Source of the DNA: an uncultured Holophagales bacterium
GTDB lineage: Bacteria; Acidobacteriota; Thermoanaerobaculia; Multivoradales; UBA5704
NCBI GenBank assembly: GCA_963842525.1
Contig: CAWJGT010000009.1
Coordinates: 992,001 to 1,056,000, forward strand
DNA: 64,000 bases
Reading direction: 5' to 3'
In this document: positions 1 through 9,919 of the stretch, piece after piece
Position numbering within the stretch: position 1 is the first letter of the stretch
How the letters are laid out: every line of letters begins with the position of its first letter
Notes under the pieces: generated by a model
The model's input: the letters and a program-made list of their open reading frames with translations, nothing else
Database searches by the model: none
What the model was told of the DNA's origin: nothing
Translations under genes and position numbers: made by a program

Positions 1-49
1 GCCCCATCACCGCCTCGCAGACCGCCGACACCGCCCGGAAGTCGGCCAT
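1..49 (-). CDS. N-terminus of a gene running off the window, possibly DUF4255/Pvc16-like (contractile injection system)
   Basis: ATG at 49 overlaps the upstream TGA (TGATG). Reads MADFRAVSAVCEAVMG, resembling DUF4255 N-termini; only 16 codons visible. Confidence 0.4.
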   Translation of the reverse strand, partial: MADFRAVSAVCEAVMG

Positions 50-337
50 CAGGCGTCCTCCCGCGCGGTGAGGAGCGACCGGACATCGTCCAGCCGTTCG
101 GGGTCGATCCGGTAGTGGAGCCGCGAGCTGCCGTTGCGCCGCTCGAGCAGAAGCCCGCGGGCGGTGAGCTCCCGAGATCGCCTCGCGGACCTTCTGCATC
201 TCGTCCGCGATGTAGCGCTCGAGCAGCCACCACTGGACGATCCCCTCCAGGGTGTCCTGGGCCGCGGGATTGTCGGCGAGGTAGGCGAGCACCTCGTAGG
301 CGAGCGGTGAGCGGAGCTTCGATCGGTCCATCGGCAC
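49..337 (-). CDS. Small winged-helix-like hypothetical protein with a +1 frameshift at 171-173
   Basis: GTG337/ATG331 MDRSKLRSPLAYEVLAYLADNPAAQDTLEGIVQWWLLERY...; removing one C at 171-173 gives ISELTARGLLLERR...YRIDPERL...EDA* ending at TGA 49-51. Confidence 0.65.
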
Positions 338-347
338 GGCGCTGGAA

Positions 348-363
348 AGCAACCGCGATGCCA
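348..363 (-). promoter_or_regulatory. Sigma54 (-24/-12) promoter
   Basis: Minus strand TGGCATCGCGGTTGCT matches TGGCACG-N4-TTGCW with exact GG-N10-GC spacing; lies next to a sigma54 activator gene. Confidence 0.75.
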
Positions 364-368
364 TGGCC

Positions 369-381
369 TAAGTCATTGAAA
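369..381 (-). promoter_or_regulatory. IHF-like binding site
   Basis: Minus strand TTTCAATGACTTA vs consensus WATCAANNNNTTR (1 mismatch), in an AT-rich patch just upstream of the sigma54 promoter. Confidence 0.5.
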
Positions 382-603
382 ATAAAGAACAATATCTCGC
401 AGGCTAGGATCTTTTCGTCCGCGTGGCCGGGGCGTGCTTCGGGGATTCCGCCAGTGCGGGCAGGGTGGACGAATTTGTCCTAGCCCTGAGGGGAAATGTC
501 CCTGAGGAAAATTCCCCTGCTCCTCGTTTACTTCGAATGTAGCGAACTTGCTCTGAGTGTCGCCTAAGCTTGTAGAGGATCTCTCGCCGGCGAGAGCCGT
601 CGA

Positions 604-1647
604 ATGCGGAGCGCAAGGATGGGGACCAGCACGCACAGCTCGCAACAGGAGATGGTGCAGCGGCTCAAGGAAACTCTGGGCTTGAAACGCCTGATCGGCG
701 AAAGCCCTGCCTTCCTCGAACAGATCCAGAAGCTGCCGGCCGTGGCGCGCTGCGACGCCGGTGTGCTGATCTCCGGCGAGACCGGCACCGGCAAGGAGCT
801 CATCGCCCGCGCCATCCACTACCTGAGCCCGCGCGCGAGCGGCCCCTTCATTCCCGTCAACTGCGGTGCGATCCCGGTCGACCTGCTGGAGAACGAGCTG
901 TTCGGGCACGAGCGTTCCGCCTTCACCGGCGCCCAGACCGCCCAGCCTGGCCTCATCGAGGAGGCGGACGGCGGCACCCTGTTCCTGGACGAGGTGGACT
1001 CGCTGCCGTTGCTCGCCCAGGTCAAGCTGCTGCGCTTCCTGCAGGAGAAGGAGTTCCGGCGTCTCGGCTCGACCCGGGTGCAGAAGAGCGATGCGCGGGT
1101 GATCGCGGCCACCAACGCCGACGTCGAAGCCGCCGTGGCCCAGGGGAAGATCCGCCGTGACCTCTACTACCGGCTGAACGTCATCCCCCTCGTCTTGCCG
1201 CCGCTGCGCGAGCGCAGGGAGGACATCTCCCTCCTTGCCCACCATTTCCTGCGCCGGTACGCCGAGGAGCTCGGGCAACCGTGCTGCGGCTTGACCGCCG
1301 AAGCGACGCAGATGCTCCAGGGGTACGACTGGCCGGGCAACGTCCGGGAGCTCGAGCACGTGATCGAGCGCGCGGTCGTGCTCTCCGGAGACCGGGAACA
1401 GATCGAGGCCGAGGCGATCGACCTCCCCCGGTCCGGGCCCGAGCCCGCGCTCCCGCGGTCCTTCCAGGAAGCCAAGGCCCTGGCGATTGCCCGCTTCGAG
1501 AGGAGCTACCTCGAAGAGCTGCTCGCCCTCTGCGGAGGCAACATCAGCCGCGCAGCCCGCACCGCCCAGAAGCACCGCCGCGCCTTCTGGGAGCTGATCC
1601 GCAAGCATTCGATCGACGCCCGGCGGTTCCGGTCGCCCGAGGTGTAG
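604..1647 (+). CDS. Sigma54-dependent enhancer-binding protein (AAA+ plus Fis-type HTH) without an N-terminal sensor domain
   Basis: GETGTGKE Walker A, ELFGHERSAFTGA, TLFLDEV Walker B, WPGNVRELE, C-terminal GNISRAAR HTH. Start may be 619 or 652. Confidence 0.92.
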   Translation: MRSARMGTSTHSSQQEMVQRLKETLGLKRLIGESPAFLEQIQKLPAVARCDAGVLISGETGTGKELIARAIHYLSPRASGPFIPVNCGAIPVDLLENELFGHERSAFTGAQTAQPGLIEEADGGTLFLDEVDSLPLLAQVKLLRFLQEKEFRRLGSTRVQKSDARVIAATNADVEAAVAQGKIRRDLYYRLNVIPLVLPPLRERREDISLLAHHFLRRYAEELGQPCCGLTAEATQMLQGYDWPGNVRELEHVIERAVVLSGDREQIEAEAIDLPRSGPEPALPRSFQEAKALAIARFERSYLEELLALCGGNISRAARTAQKHRRAFWELIRKHSIDARRFRSPEV

Positions 1648-1668
1648 ACCACCCGATCACTCCCTGCC

Positions 1669-1900
1669 GCTGGGACCGTGCTCCCTGTGACTGGGACCGC
1701 GAAACGCGCCTGGGACCCGCGGCCCGCGTTGCTGGGACCGCCAGACGCGTGAAGCGGAGCGTGGTCCCAATGGCAGGGAGGGTGCTCCCAGTGACAGGGA
1801 GAGTGGTCCCTGCAGCGCGGACCGCCAAGCTCGCTCCGGACCCGCCAGTCCAGTCGCAGGGACGGTGGTCCCTGTCGCGCGGACCGCGGTCCGGGTCACG
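1669..1900. repeat. Degenerate ~21-bp periodic tandem repeat
   Basis: About 11 units such as GCTGGGACCGTGCTCCCTGTG, GCAGGGAGGGTGCTCCCAGTG, ACAGGGAGAGTGGTCCCTGCA, GCAGGGACGGTGGTCCCTGTC. Confidence 0.65.
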
Positions 1901-2023
1901 CGTTTGGCAGGTCGGCTCGCAGGTTTTGTGCTCCCAGGGGGGGCGGATCTACAGGCCACAAGGCCACCGTTCCCCTCGACATGGACATCTCTCCTCTGTA
2001 ATATGTCCATCTGGGGAGCAGAC

Positions 2024-2314
2024 ATGAACTGGAAGATCGCCGAAGCCAAACAGAGATTCTCCGAGCTCGTCAAAGCGGCCGAGGACGAGCCGCAGTGGAT
2101 CTACAACCGGGACAAGCTGGTGGCTGCAGTCGTCCCTGCCGAGACCCTGCAAGAGTTCCTCGGCTGGCGCCAACAGAGCGAGGGGCGGACCCTTGGAGAG
2201 GCCTTCGCCGAGCTCCGCCGCATCTGCGAAGAAGAGGACTACACCCTGGAGATTCCGCCGCGGCAGGAGCGGCCCAATCCATTTCCCGATGCTCTCGACG
2301 AGCTTTCTCGCTGA
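2024..2314 (+). CDS. Phd/YefM family antitoxin
   Basis: MNWKIAEAKQRFSELVKAA... Phd signature; GGGAG RBS; overlaps the PIN gene. Confidence 0.85.
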   Translation: MNWKIAEAKQRFSELVKAAEDEPQWIYNRDKLVAAVVPAETLQEFLGWRQQSEGRTLGEAFAELRRICEEEDYTLEIPPRQERPNPFPDALDELSR

Positions 2315-2696
2315 CACCAACATCCTCAGCGAGCTGGTGAGGAAAAGACCCGATCCGGGCGTCCTCCAATGGGCGCAGGAGGTCAGGCGCGTGGCGATCA
2401 GCACCATCACTGTGGAGGAGGTGTACTTCGGGCTCTCCTGGAAACCGAATGCGCGAATCCTGCTCTGGTTCGAAGGATTCCTCGAGACCAACTGCGACAT
2501 CCTGCCAGTGACTGCCGAGATTGCGAAGCGGTCCGGAGAGATCAGGGGACAGCTCCAGGCGCGCGGTAAGACTCGGTCCTCGTGGGACATGATCATCGCC
2601 TCGACAGCGCAAGAGCACGACCTGACTCTCGTCACCCGCAACGTGAGGCACTTCGAGGACTGCGGAATCCCACTCCTCAATCCCTTTCAGGAGTAG
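2289..2696 (+). CDS. vapC: VapC PIN-domain toxin
   Basis: FLADTNILSEL, TVEEV, DMIIASTA, VTRNVRHF PIN motifs. Confidence 0.88.
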   Translation: MLSTSFLADTNILSELVRKRPDPGVLQWAQEVRRVAISTITVEEVYFGLSWKPNARILLWFEGFLETNCDILPVTAEIAKRSGEIRGQLQARGKTRSSWDMIIASTAQEHDLTLVTRNVRHFEDCGIPLLNPFQE

Positions 2697-2755
2697 GAGC
2701 AAAGCCCGTCCATGCCGCCCTGCCGTGCTAGAGTGCCTGGTTGGAGGAGCGGTGT

Positions 2756-2992
2756 ATGACCGTGATTTCGATCGAAGAGGCTCAAGCGAAGCTACCGGAT
2801 TTGATCCACCGTCTGCATTCGGGCGGCGAAGTCGTCATCACGGAGAATAATCAGCCGGTCGCTTGGCTGGTTCCCACTACCAGTGAGCCACAGCAGAAGC
2901 CTCGCCGTCCAGGAACGCTGCGGGGATCGGTTCTGTACATGGCTCCGGACTTCGACGCGCCTCTGGAGGATTTCAAGGACTACATGGAATGA
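2756..2992 (+). CDS. Phd/YefM family antitoxin
   Basis: MTVISIEEAQAKLPDLI...GGEVVITENNQPVA...DFDAPLEDFKDY; GGAGGAG RBS. Confidence 0.85.
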   Translation: MTVISIEEAQAKLPDLIHRLHSGGEVVITENNQPVAWLVPTTSEPQQKPRRPGTLRGSVLYMAPDFDAPLEDFKDYME

Positions 2993-3018
2993 GGGTCCTG
3001 CTCGATACCCACGCGGTG
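2989..3018 (+). pseudogene. VapC toxin stub (first ~9 codons only)
   Basis: ATGA overlap with the antitoxin stop; MRVLLDTHA is a classic PIN start, then the sequence becomes the antisense of a convergent gene. Confidence 0.7.
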
Positions 3019-3228
3019 TCAGGCGCGTTGTGCCCGCAGCTTCAGGAGCGACAGGAACTCGGCCAGATCGACGAGACCCTTGGCTTCCCTCCTCTCATCA
3101 GGAGTCAGCTCCTCGCCTCGGTCTTGACGGTCGAGCAGACCTTGCAGACGGTCGTCGACCCCCCGCGGAAGACGGAAGTGTGCCAGATCTTCGGGCAGCT
3201 CGAGCTTGACGAGAACCTGTTGAGACAT
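3019..3228 (-). CDS. Small hypothetical, antitoxin-like protein
   Basis: MSQQVLVKLELPEDLAHFRLPRGVDDRLQGLLDRQDRGEELTPDERREAKGLVDLAEFLSLLKLRA; AAGGA RBS; coding-like composition. Confidence 0.65.
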   Translation of the reverse strand: MSQQVLVKLELPEDLAHFRLPRGVDDRLQGLLDRQDRGEELTPDERREAKGLVDLAEFLSLLKLRAQRA

Positions 3229-3387
3229 GCAGATCCTTTCGAGGGCCGTCTGCCGGACCTTCATTCTACACGGCCTACACGGCCTCCCGGTCTGCGCCGT
3301 CCCTGGGCGTCGTCATAGACTACTGTCCTCCGAGCTGCGCATTCGACCGCAACGGCGGTGGCGCGTATGTCGGGGTAGGGTGAAGAG

Positions 3388-3684
3388 CTACGCGTGGATG
3401 ACGGAATGAATGGCAAGGAAACGTGGCCCGATGCTGGCTTCGGCGGCTTTCAGGTCGTAGTCGGCCTGCAGGTTGAGCCAGTATTGCGGCGACTGGTCAA
3501 GTGCCCGCCCAAACAGCAGGGCCAGCTCAGCCGTCACGGGACGCGAACCCTTGATCACATGCGAAATCCGCATTGACGACACTCCGAGGACGCGTGCGAA
3601 CGCGGCTTGGGAGACGCCTAGCTCCTCCAGTGTTTCCGCCAGGAATGCGCCCGGATGAATGGCAGGCAAGCCCTTCTTGGTCAT
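3388..3684 (-). CDS. higA: HigA family antitoxin (no higB adjacent)
   Basis: IHPGAFLAE, XRE HTH, YWLNLQADYDL. Confidence 0.9.
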   Translation of the reverse strand: MTKKGLPAIHPGAFLAETLEELGVSQAAFARVLGVSSMRISHVIKGSRPVTAELALLFGRALDQSPQYWLNLQADYDLKAAEASIGPRFLAIHSVIHA

Positions 3685-3719
3685 GATGCTGTCCTCAGTG
3701 GTAATCCAGGTAAAACATT

Positions 3720-4937
3720 CTATTTATGGCTGTCAAGTGAAGCACCGCATCGCTCCCGCAGCCCCGCCAGCGCCGGCAGCGCCTCCAGGATCGACTGCGT
3801 GTCCGCCCCGAAGTCGATCAGGCAGGCGGCCTCGTCGGCGCCGATGGCGCGCAGGCGGTCGATCATCTGGGCGCATTTGTCCGGATGGCCGAGGAGCGAC
3901 AGGCTGGCGTAATAGTTCTCGAACGCCACGCCCAGCACCGTGTCCACGTCCTCCCGTCGCACCTCTCCTGTTGCTCCTCCGGCGAGGAAGCTGTACTGGT
4001 CGAGATAGGTGCGCAGGTAGGCGATCATCGGGGCGCGGACCTTCTCGCGCACGGCGTTCTCGTCGTCTCCCACATAGGTGTGGAGCATCACCGCGACCTG
4101 TCCGGCTTCGGGGTCCAGGCCCGCCGCGGCGCGGGCTGCGCGGTAGCGGGCGATCTGCGCGGCGAGCACCGGCAGCGGCTGCACGATGGTGAGGACATGG
4201 GCGCCGATGGCGCCAGCCCGGTCCCAGGTCGCCGGGCTCGTCGAGGCGGTCACCCAGAACGGCAGCTCCGCCTGCACCGGCCGCGGCAGCACCCGCACGT
4301 CGATCTCGCGGCCGTCCACACCGGTCTGGCGGACGGCCTCGCCGCGCCAGAGCCGGCGGATGGTCTCGATCCCCTCGAACATCCGCTCCTTGCGGTCCGC
4401 GAACGCCTCCGGATTGAGGGCGAAATCGGTGGGGTGCCATCCCGAGGCGAAGGAGACTCCGGCGCGGCCGTGCGAGATGTTGTCCACCACGGCCCACTCC
4501 TCGGCCACCCGCAGGGGATTGTGCAGGGGGAGGACGACGCTGCCGGCGCGGATGCCGATGTGCTGCGTCATGGCGGCGAGATGGGCACCGAGCACCGAGG
4601 GGTTGGGGTAGAAGCCGCCGAACTGGCCGAAGTGCCGCTCCGGGGTCCAGACCGCGTCGAAGCCGTGCTCGTCGCCAAAGCGCGCGGTCGCCAGGAGCAG
4701 CTCGTAGCTTTCGGCAGGGGTCTTCGATTCCCCCTCGGAAAAGAAGAACAGGCTGAAGCGGATCGGCCGGTCGGAGCCTGCGGGCTCGGCGAGGCCGGGC
4801 GCCGGTGGGGAAGGCTGTGGAGCCGTCCCTGCCGGCGGGACGACGGCGTCAAGCCCTTTCTTCTTGAGCCGCCGGAGGAGGAGCTCGCGCTGCTCGGGGC
4901 TCAGGCCGGCCAGGCGCTTGGAGAGGTCATCCGCCAT
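3720..4937 (-). CDS. Luciferase-like flavin monooxygenase (natural-product MupA/Atu3671 type) with docking-like N-terminus
   Basis: [47 protein letters not shown]; N-term MADDLSKRLAGLSPEQRELLLRRL; overlaps the PKS stop. Confidence 0.9.
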   Translation of the reverse strand: MADDLSKRLAGLSPEQRELLLRRLKKKGLDAVVPPAGTAPQPSPPAPGLAEPAGSDRPIRFSLFFFSEGESKTPAESYELLLATARFGDEHGFDAVWTPERHFGQFGGFYPNPSVLGAHLAAMTQHIGIRAGSVVLPLHNPLRVAEEWAVVDNISHGRAGVSFASGWHPTDFALNPEAFADRKERMFEGIETIRRLWRGEAVRQTGVDGREIDVRVLPRPVQAELPFWVTASTSPATWDRAGAIGAHVLTIVQPLPVLAAQIARYRAARAAAGLDPEAGQVAVMLHTYVGDDENAVREKVRAPMIAYLRTYLDQYSFLAGGATGEVRREDVDTVLGVAFENYYASLSLLGHPDKCAQMIDRLRAIGADEAACLIDFGADTQSILEALPALAGLRERCGASLDSHK

Positions 4938-7900
4938 GAGCGCCTTCTTCCAGCTCCATCTCTTCGGCGAGGAGGCGTTCCAGCTCCGCGGGGGAGAGGC
5001 CCTCGATCTCGTCCAGGATGTGGTCCACTTCGGCGAGCGCCTCCGCGCCCAGCCGCTGTGCCTCCACCCCGCGGGCGAGCCCGGCCACGGTCGGTGCCTC
5101 GAAGATCGCGCTCATCGAGAGGTCGACGTCGAACGCCTTGCGGATACGGGTGACGATCTGGATGGCCGTCAACGAGTTGCCCGCCAGCTCGAAGAAGTTG
5201 TCGTCGACGCCCACGGGCTCGATCCCCAGCAGCTCCTGCCAGATGCGGGCGATACCCGCCTCGACGTCGCTGTTCGGCGCGGTGTAGGGCGTCGAGAGCG
5301 CCGGCCGCGGATGGCCGCCCATGCCTGCGTCCGGCTGCTGGGCGAGCAGGTTGGCGGTCAGCGAGTTGTGGTGGGCGATGACGGTCACGAGGTCGCCGGT
5401 CGAGACGATGACCCGCGGCGCACCGGTGGCGAGAGCCCGCGCGAAAGCCTCCAGGGCCTCGCTTTCGTCGATGCCGAAGAGCTCCAGGGACCGCTTGAGC
5501 TCGGCCTGCATGCCGGCCGGGCCGCCGCCGAGCTGCTCCTGCCATTCCTCCCAACGGAACGAGCCCCAATCGATCGCCACGACCGGCAGGCCGCCCGTTG
5601 CCCGCTGTCCGGCGGCGAAGGCGTCGAGGAAGTTGTTGGCGGCGCAGAAGTCCACCTGCCCGAGGCCGCCGGTCACCGCGATGGTCGACGAGAACAGGGC
5701 GACGAAGTCCAGAGGGATGCCGTCCAATGCCGCGGCCAGCGCCCGGGTGCCCTCGACCTTGGGACGGAGGACCGGCGCCGAAGCCTCCGGGGTCTTGAGC
5801 TGGATCAGGCCCGCGCCCGGGACCATGTCGACGTGGAGCACGCCGTGAATGTCGCCGAACCGTTCGAGCGTCCGGGCGACAGCCTCCCGCGCGCCCTCCT
5901 CGTCCGCTGTGTCGGCTGGAACGAGCAGCACCTCGCCGCCTGTCGCCTCGATCTCACGTACGGTCCCCACGGCCCGCGCCACCGGGTCGTGAGAGCCGTT
6001 GCCGGCCGAAGCGGCGAGCAGGTCGTCCCAGCGTTCGCGGTCCGGGAAGGCGGGCGGCACGGCCAGGGCGATGCGAGCGCCGAGGTTGCGGACCAGGAGC
6101 CGCGCGAAGACCTGGCTCGTGAGATCGAGCCCGCCGGTGATGAGGTAGACGCCGCCCTGGCGGAGGGCCGCCGGCCGCGAGAACCGCTCGTCGAGCGGCA
6201 CGGCTTCCCACCCCTGCACCCAGCGGTGCCGGCCCCGGAAAGCCACGATCGGATCGGTGGCTCCGCCGGCCAGCTCGGCGATCAGGCGGTCGGCCAGCTC
6301 TCGTTCCAGCGTAGAAGACGAAGGCGGCGTCACCTCGAAGGAGCGGAAGGCGACCTGGGCCTGCTCCTGGGGCACCACCCGGCAGAGGCCGAGAGCCAGG
6401 GCCTTGTCGGGATCGATCGCCTCGTCGCCGGTCACGGGATGGAGCCGGTCCGCCACCGCGCCGATCTGCACCCCCCCGGCAGGAGCCTCCTCAGCCATCG
6501 CCTGGGTCAGATAGAGCAGGGACCAGAAGGAGCGCTCGCGGTCGACAGAACTTCCTGAGGTGATCCCCCAGAGGTGGAGCGCGCGGAGGCCCTCACCCCC
6601 CTGGCCCCCCTCTCCCATCCGCACTCCCGATCCCCCGGGAGAGGGGGGAAAAGACGCGGCAAGAGAGCTTTCGGGTTGGGGGCTCCCCTCTCCCGGCGGT
6701 TGGGAGTGCGGATGGGAGAGGGGTCGGGGGTGAGGGCTCCGCAGCAACGCATCGTAGTCCTTGCGCTCGCCGGGGCGCAGCGCAATCGTCCCATCCTCAC
6801 GGACCTCGAAACGCTCGCCAGGGATTACGGCGAGGGCCGTCGCTCCCCGCTCCCGCAGCCGCTCGACGATCCGCCGGCCCAGGCCGTCCTCATCCAGGAA
6901 GACCAGCCAGGACGAGCCCGCGATGTCGGCCGGCGGCTCGATCCGTTCCTCCTGCCGCCAGGAAGGGAGATAGAACCATTTTTCGAGCGGCTCCTTAGTC
7001 AACCCGCCCGTCGGCGCCGTGCCGAGCGGGTCGGCCAGAGGAGCGCCTGGAGCCGCCTGGTGCGATGTGCCGGGCTCGATCCAATAGCGCTGCCGCTCGA
7101 AGGGATAGGTAGGGAGCGTCACGCGCCGCCGGCGCTCGGTCGAGGAGGAGAACGCCTGCCAGTCCACGGCTGCACCGGCATTCCACAGCCGGCCGAGAGC
7201 GTGGAGCACGCGCGAGAGGTCCGAGACCTCCTCGGCCGACTCTCGCGGCCGGCGCAGCGACGGCACCGCGACCCGGGCCGTTCGGTCCCCCGGCATCTGC
7301 CCGGCGAGCGTCGTCAGCGCCTGCCCGGGCCCGACCTCCAGCAGCACCCGGTCGGGATCGGAGAGCAGCTCGGCGAGGCCGTCGCCGAAGCGGACCGTCT
7401 GCCGGATGTGCCGCACCCAGTAGGCCGGATCGGTCGCCTCCTCGGGCCGGATCCATGTCCCGGTCACGTTCGAGAGATACGGGATCTGCGGCGGCCGGAG
7501 CGCGACCCGGCCAACCCGTCCGGTGAAGGGTCCCAGGATCGGGTCCATCATCGCGGAGTGGAAGGCGTGCGACGTGTGGAGACGGGTGCACTCGACCCCC
7601 TCCGCATCGAGCCGCACGCGTAGCGCCTCGACCGCCGTTTCAGGGCCGGATACCACGCAGAATTCCGGGCCGTTGACTGCGGCAAGCGCGAGCCCTTCGC
7701 CGACCTCCGCCAGCTTCGCCGCCACCTCGGCTTCGGGCTGCGGAACCGCCAGCATCGCGCCGCCTGGCAGGCCCTGGATCAGCCGGCCGCGCGCCGCCAC
7801 CAGGGCAAGGGCATCCTCCAGCGAGAAGACCCCGGCCAGGCAGGCAGCCACGTATTCGCCGACGCTGTGGCCGAGCATCGCCGCCGGCCGCACCCCCCAG

Positions 7901-9805
7901 GACATCCAGAGCCGGGCGAGCGCGTATTCGACGACGAAGAGCGCCGGCTGGGTCAGCTCCGTCCGTTCCAGCCGCTGTGCCGCCGACTCCCGGTCCGCAG
8001 AGGGATAGAGCACCTCCCGCAGGTCGAGGCCGAGATGCGGCCGAAGGATCTCCGCGCAGCGGTCGACCTCAGCGCGGAAGACCGCCTCGCCCCGGTAGAG
8101 CTCCAGCGCCATGTCCGGATGCTGCGATCCCTGGCCCGGGAAGAGAAAGACGACCGGCCGCTCGTGGTCGCCTGCCGCCGCCGTCGCCGTCCGCGCCGGA
8201 TCGAGCGAGCGCAGAGCGGCCACGACCTCGGCGGCATCGCGGCCGACCACGATCTGCCGGTGCGGAAATGAGCGCCGTCCCGTCTGCAGGGTCCAGGCAA
8301 TATCCGCGAGAGTGCTTTCCCCCCTCTCCCGGGGGGTTGGGAGTGAGGATGGGAGAGGGGGGCTAGGGGGGTGAGGGTCCAAAAACGCCGCCAGATTCGC
8401 CGTCATCGCCTCCAGCGCCGCCGAAGTCTTCGCGGACAGTGGGAGCACCTGCCACGGCCGCGAGGCTCCCAACGGTGCGGAGGGCGCGGGAGCCTCCTCC
8501 AGCACCACATGCGCATTGCTGCCGCCGACCCCGAACGAGCTCACACCGGCCCGCCGCGGCCCACCGCCTTCCGGCCACTCGCGGAGCCTGGTGTTGACGA
8601 AGAACGGGCTTACCGCGAAATCGATCTCCGGATTGGGCTTTTCGAAGCCGAGGCTCGGAGGGATCAGCCCGTTCTCCAGGGAGAGCACCGCTTTGATCAA
8701 CCCGGCGACGCCGGCCGCGGCGTCCAGATGGCCGATGTTGGTCTTGACCGACCCCAGGGCGCAGAACCCCCGGCGCGCTGCTCCCCGGGAGCGGAAGGCG
8801 CGGGTCAGCGCGGCCACCTCGATCGGATCGCCCAGGCGGGTGCCCGTGCCGTGGGCCTCCACATAGCCGATCGTCTCGGGCTCCACCCCGGCGACCCCCA
8901 GGGCTTCGGCGATCACCTCGGCCTGGCTGTCCAGGCTGGGTGCGGTATAACCGACCTTGCCGGAGCCGTCGTTGTTGGTGGCCGAGCCGCGGATCACCGC
9001 GCGGATGCGGTCGCCGTCCCGCAGAGCGTCGGCGAGCCGCTTCAGGGCCACGATCCCCACGCCGTCGCCGAGCACCGTGCCGCGCGCCTCGGCGTCGAAA
9101 GCACGGCAGTGGCCGTCCGGCGAGTAGATGCTCCCCTCCTGGTAGAAATAGCCGACCTTCTGCGGCAGATTGACCCCGACCCCGCCGGCCAGGGCCATGT
9201 CGCACTCGCCGTCGAGCAGCCCCTGGCACGCCACATGGACGGCCACCAGAGACGTCGAGCAGGCGGTCTGCACCGCGAAGCTCGGCCCCCGCAGGTTGAG
9301 GCGGTAGGAAACCTGGGTGGTGAGGAAGTCCTTGTCGACGCTGATCCGCCCCTGGATGCCGCCGACCGACATCATCAGGTCGTGGTTGGACAGCAGGTTG
9401 TAGAGCAGATACGAGCTCAGGTTGGCGCCGCCGTAAACGCCAATCCGGCCGGCGAAGCGCTCCGGGTCGCAACCCGCGCCCTCCAGGGCCTCCCAGGCGC
9501 ACTCCAGGAACAGCCGGTGCTGCGGGTCCATGAGCGCCGCCTCGCGCGGCGTCAGGCCGAAGAAGGATGCGTCGAACAGCTCGATCCTCTCCAGGTACGG
9601 CTTGGCGCGCACATACGCGGGGTCTCGCCATACCGTCTCTGGGACGCCGGAGGCTGCGAGCTCCTCGTCGCTGAAGAAGGTGATGGACTCGACGCCGTCG
9701 CGCAGGTTCTCCCAGAACCGCTCGAGGCTGGGAGCGCCGGGGAAGCGGCCCGCCATGCCGACGATGGCGATCGCGTTGGGATAAAGGTCGTTCGAACTCG
9801 CTCAT
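4927..9805 (-). CDS. Type I PKS module KS-AT(malonyl)-KR(inactive)-ACP; +1 frameshift near 9795
   Basis: TACSTS, HGTGT, NIGH; AT GHSVG and HAFH; KR GQVDFCAAN (Tyr replaced by Phe); ACP AGNSL. True start ATG 9805 (GGGAG RBS) is one base out of frame with DLYPNAIAIVGMAGRFPG. Confidence 0.92.
6590..6736. repeat. Family A palindromic element (full, 147 bp), in-frame in the PKS KR structural region
   Basis: CCCTCACCCC..CCTCTCCCATCCGCACTCCC...GGGAGTGCGGATGGGAGAGGGG..GGGGTGAGGG; translated SPHPRPLSHPHSQPPGEG...GVRMGEGGQGGEG. Confidence 0.9.
8319..8377. repeat. Family A palindromic element (half), in-frame in the KS-AT linker
   Basis: CCCCCCTCTCCCGG..GGGAGTGAGGATGGGAGAGGGGGGCTAGGGGGGTGAGGG; translated PHPPSPPLPSSLPTPRERGE. 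Confidence 0.88.
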
Positions 9806-9919
9806 GCCGTGCTCCCTGCAGGGGGTCTGCGAACCCGACCAGACAACGACCGGGGGATCGGAAACCCTCGCGCCGGACCGGGTGTGCGATTCTACCCGTG
9901 GTAGCCTCCTGCGCAGGAG

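Noticed and set aside
2989-3318. 109-aa ORF as an intact VapC
   Set aside because: Only the first 9 residues are PIN-like; the rest is antisense of the 3019-3228 gene.
6590-6736. Family A elements as inteins, introns or autonomous IS
   Set aside because: Too short, read in different frames, no splicing residues or transposase, and no consistent target duplication visible by eye.
9806-9900. Riboswitch in the PKS leader
   Set aside because: GC-rich stems are possible but I could not match any known aptamer consensus.
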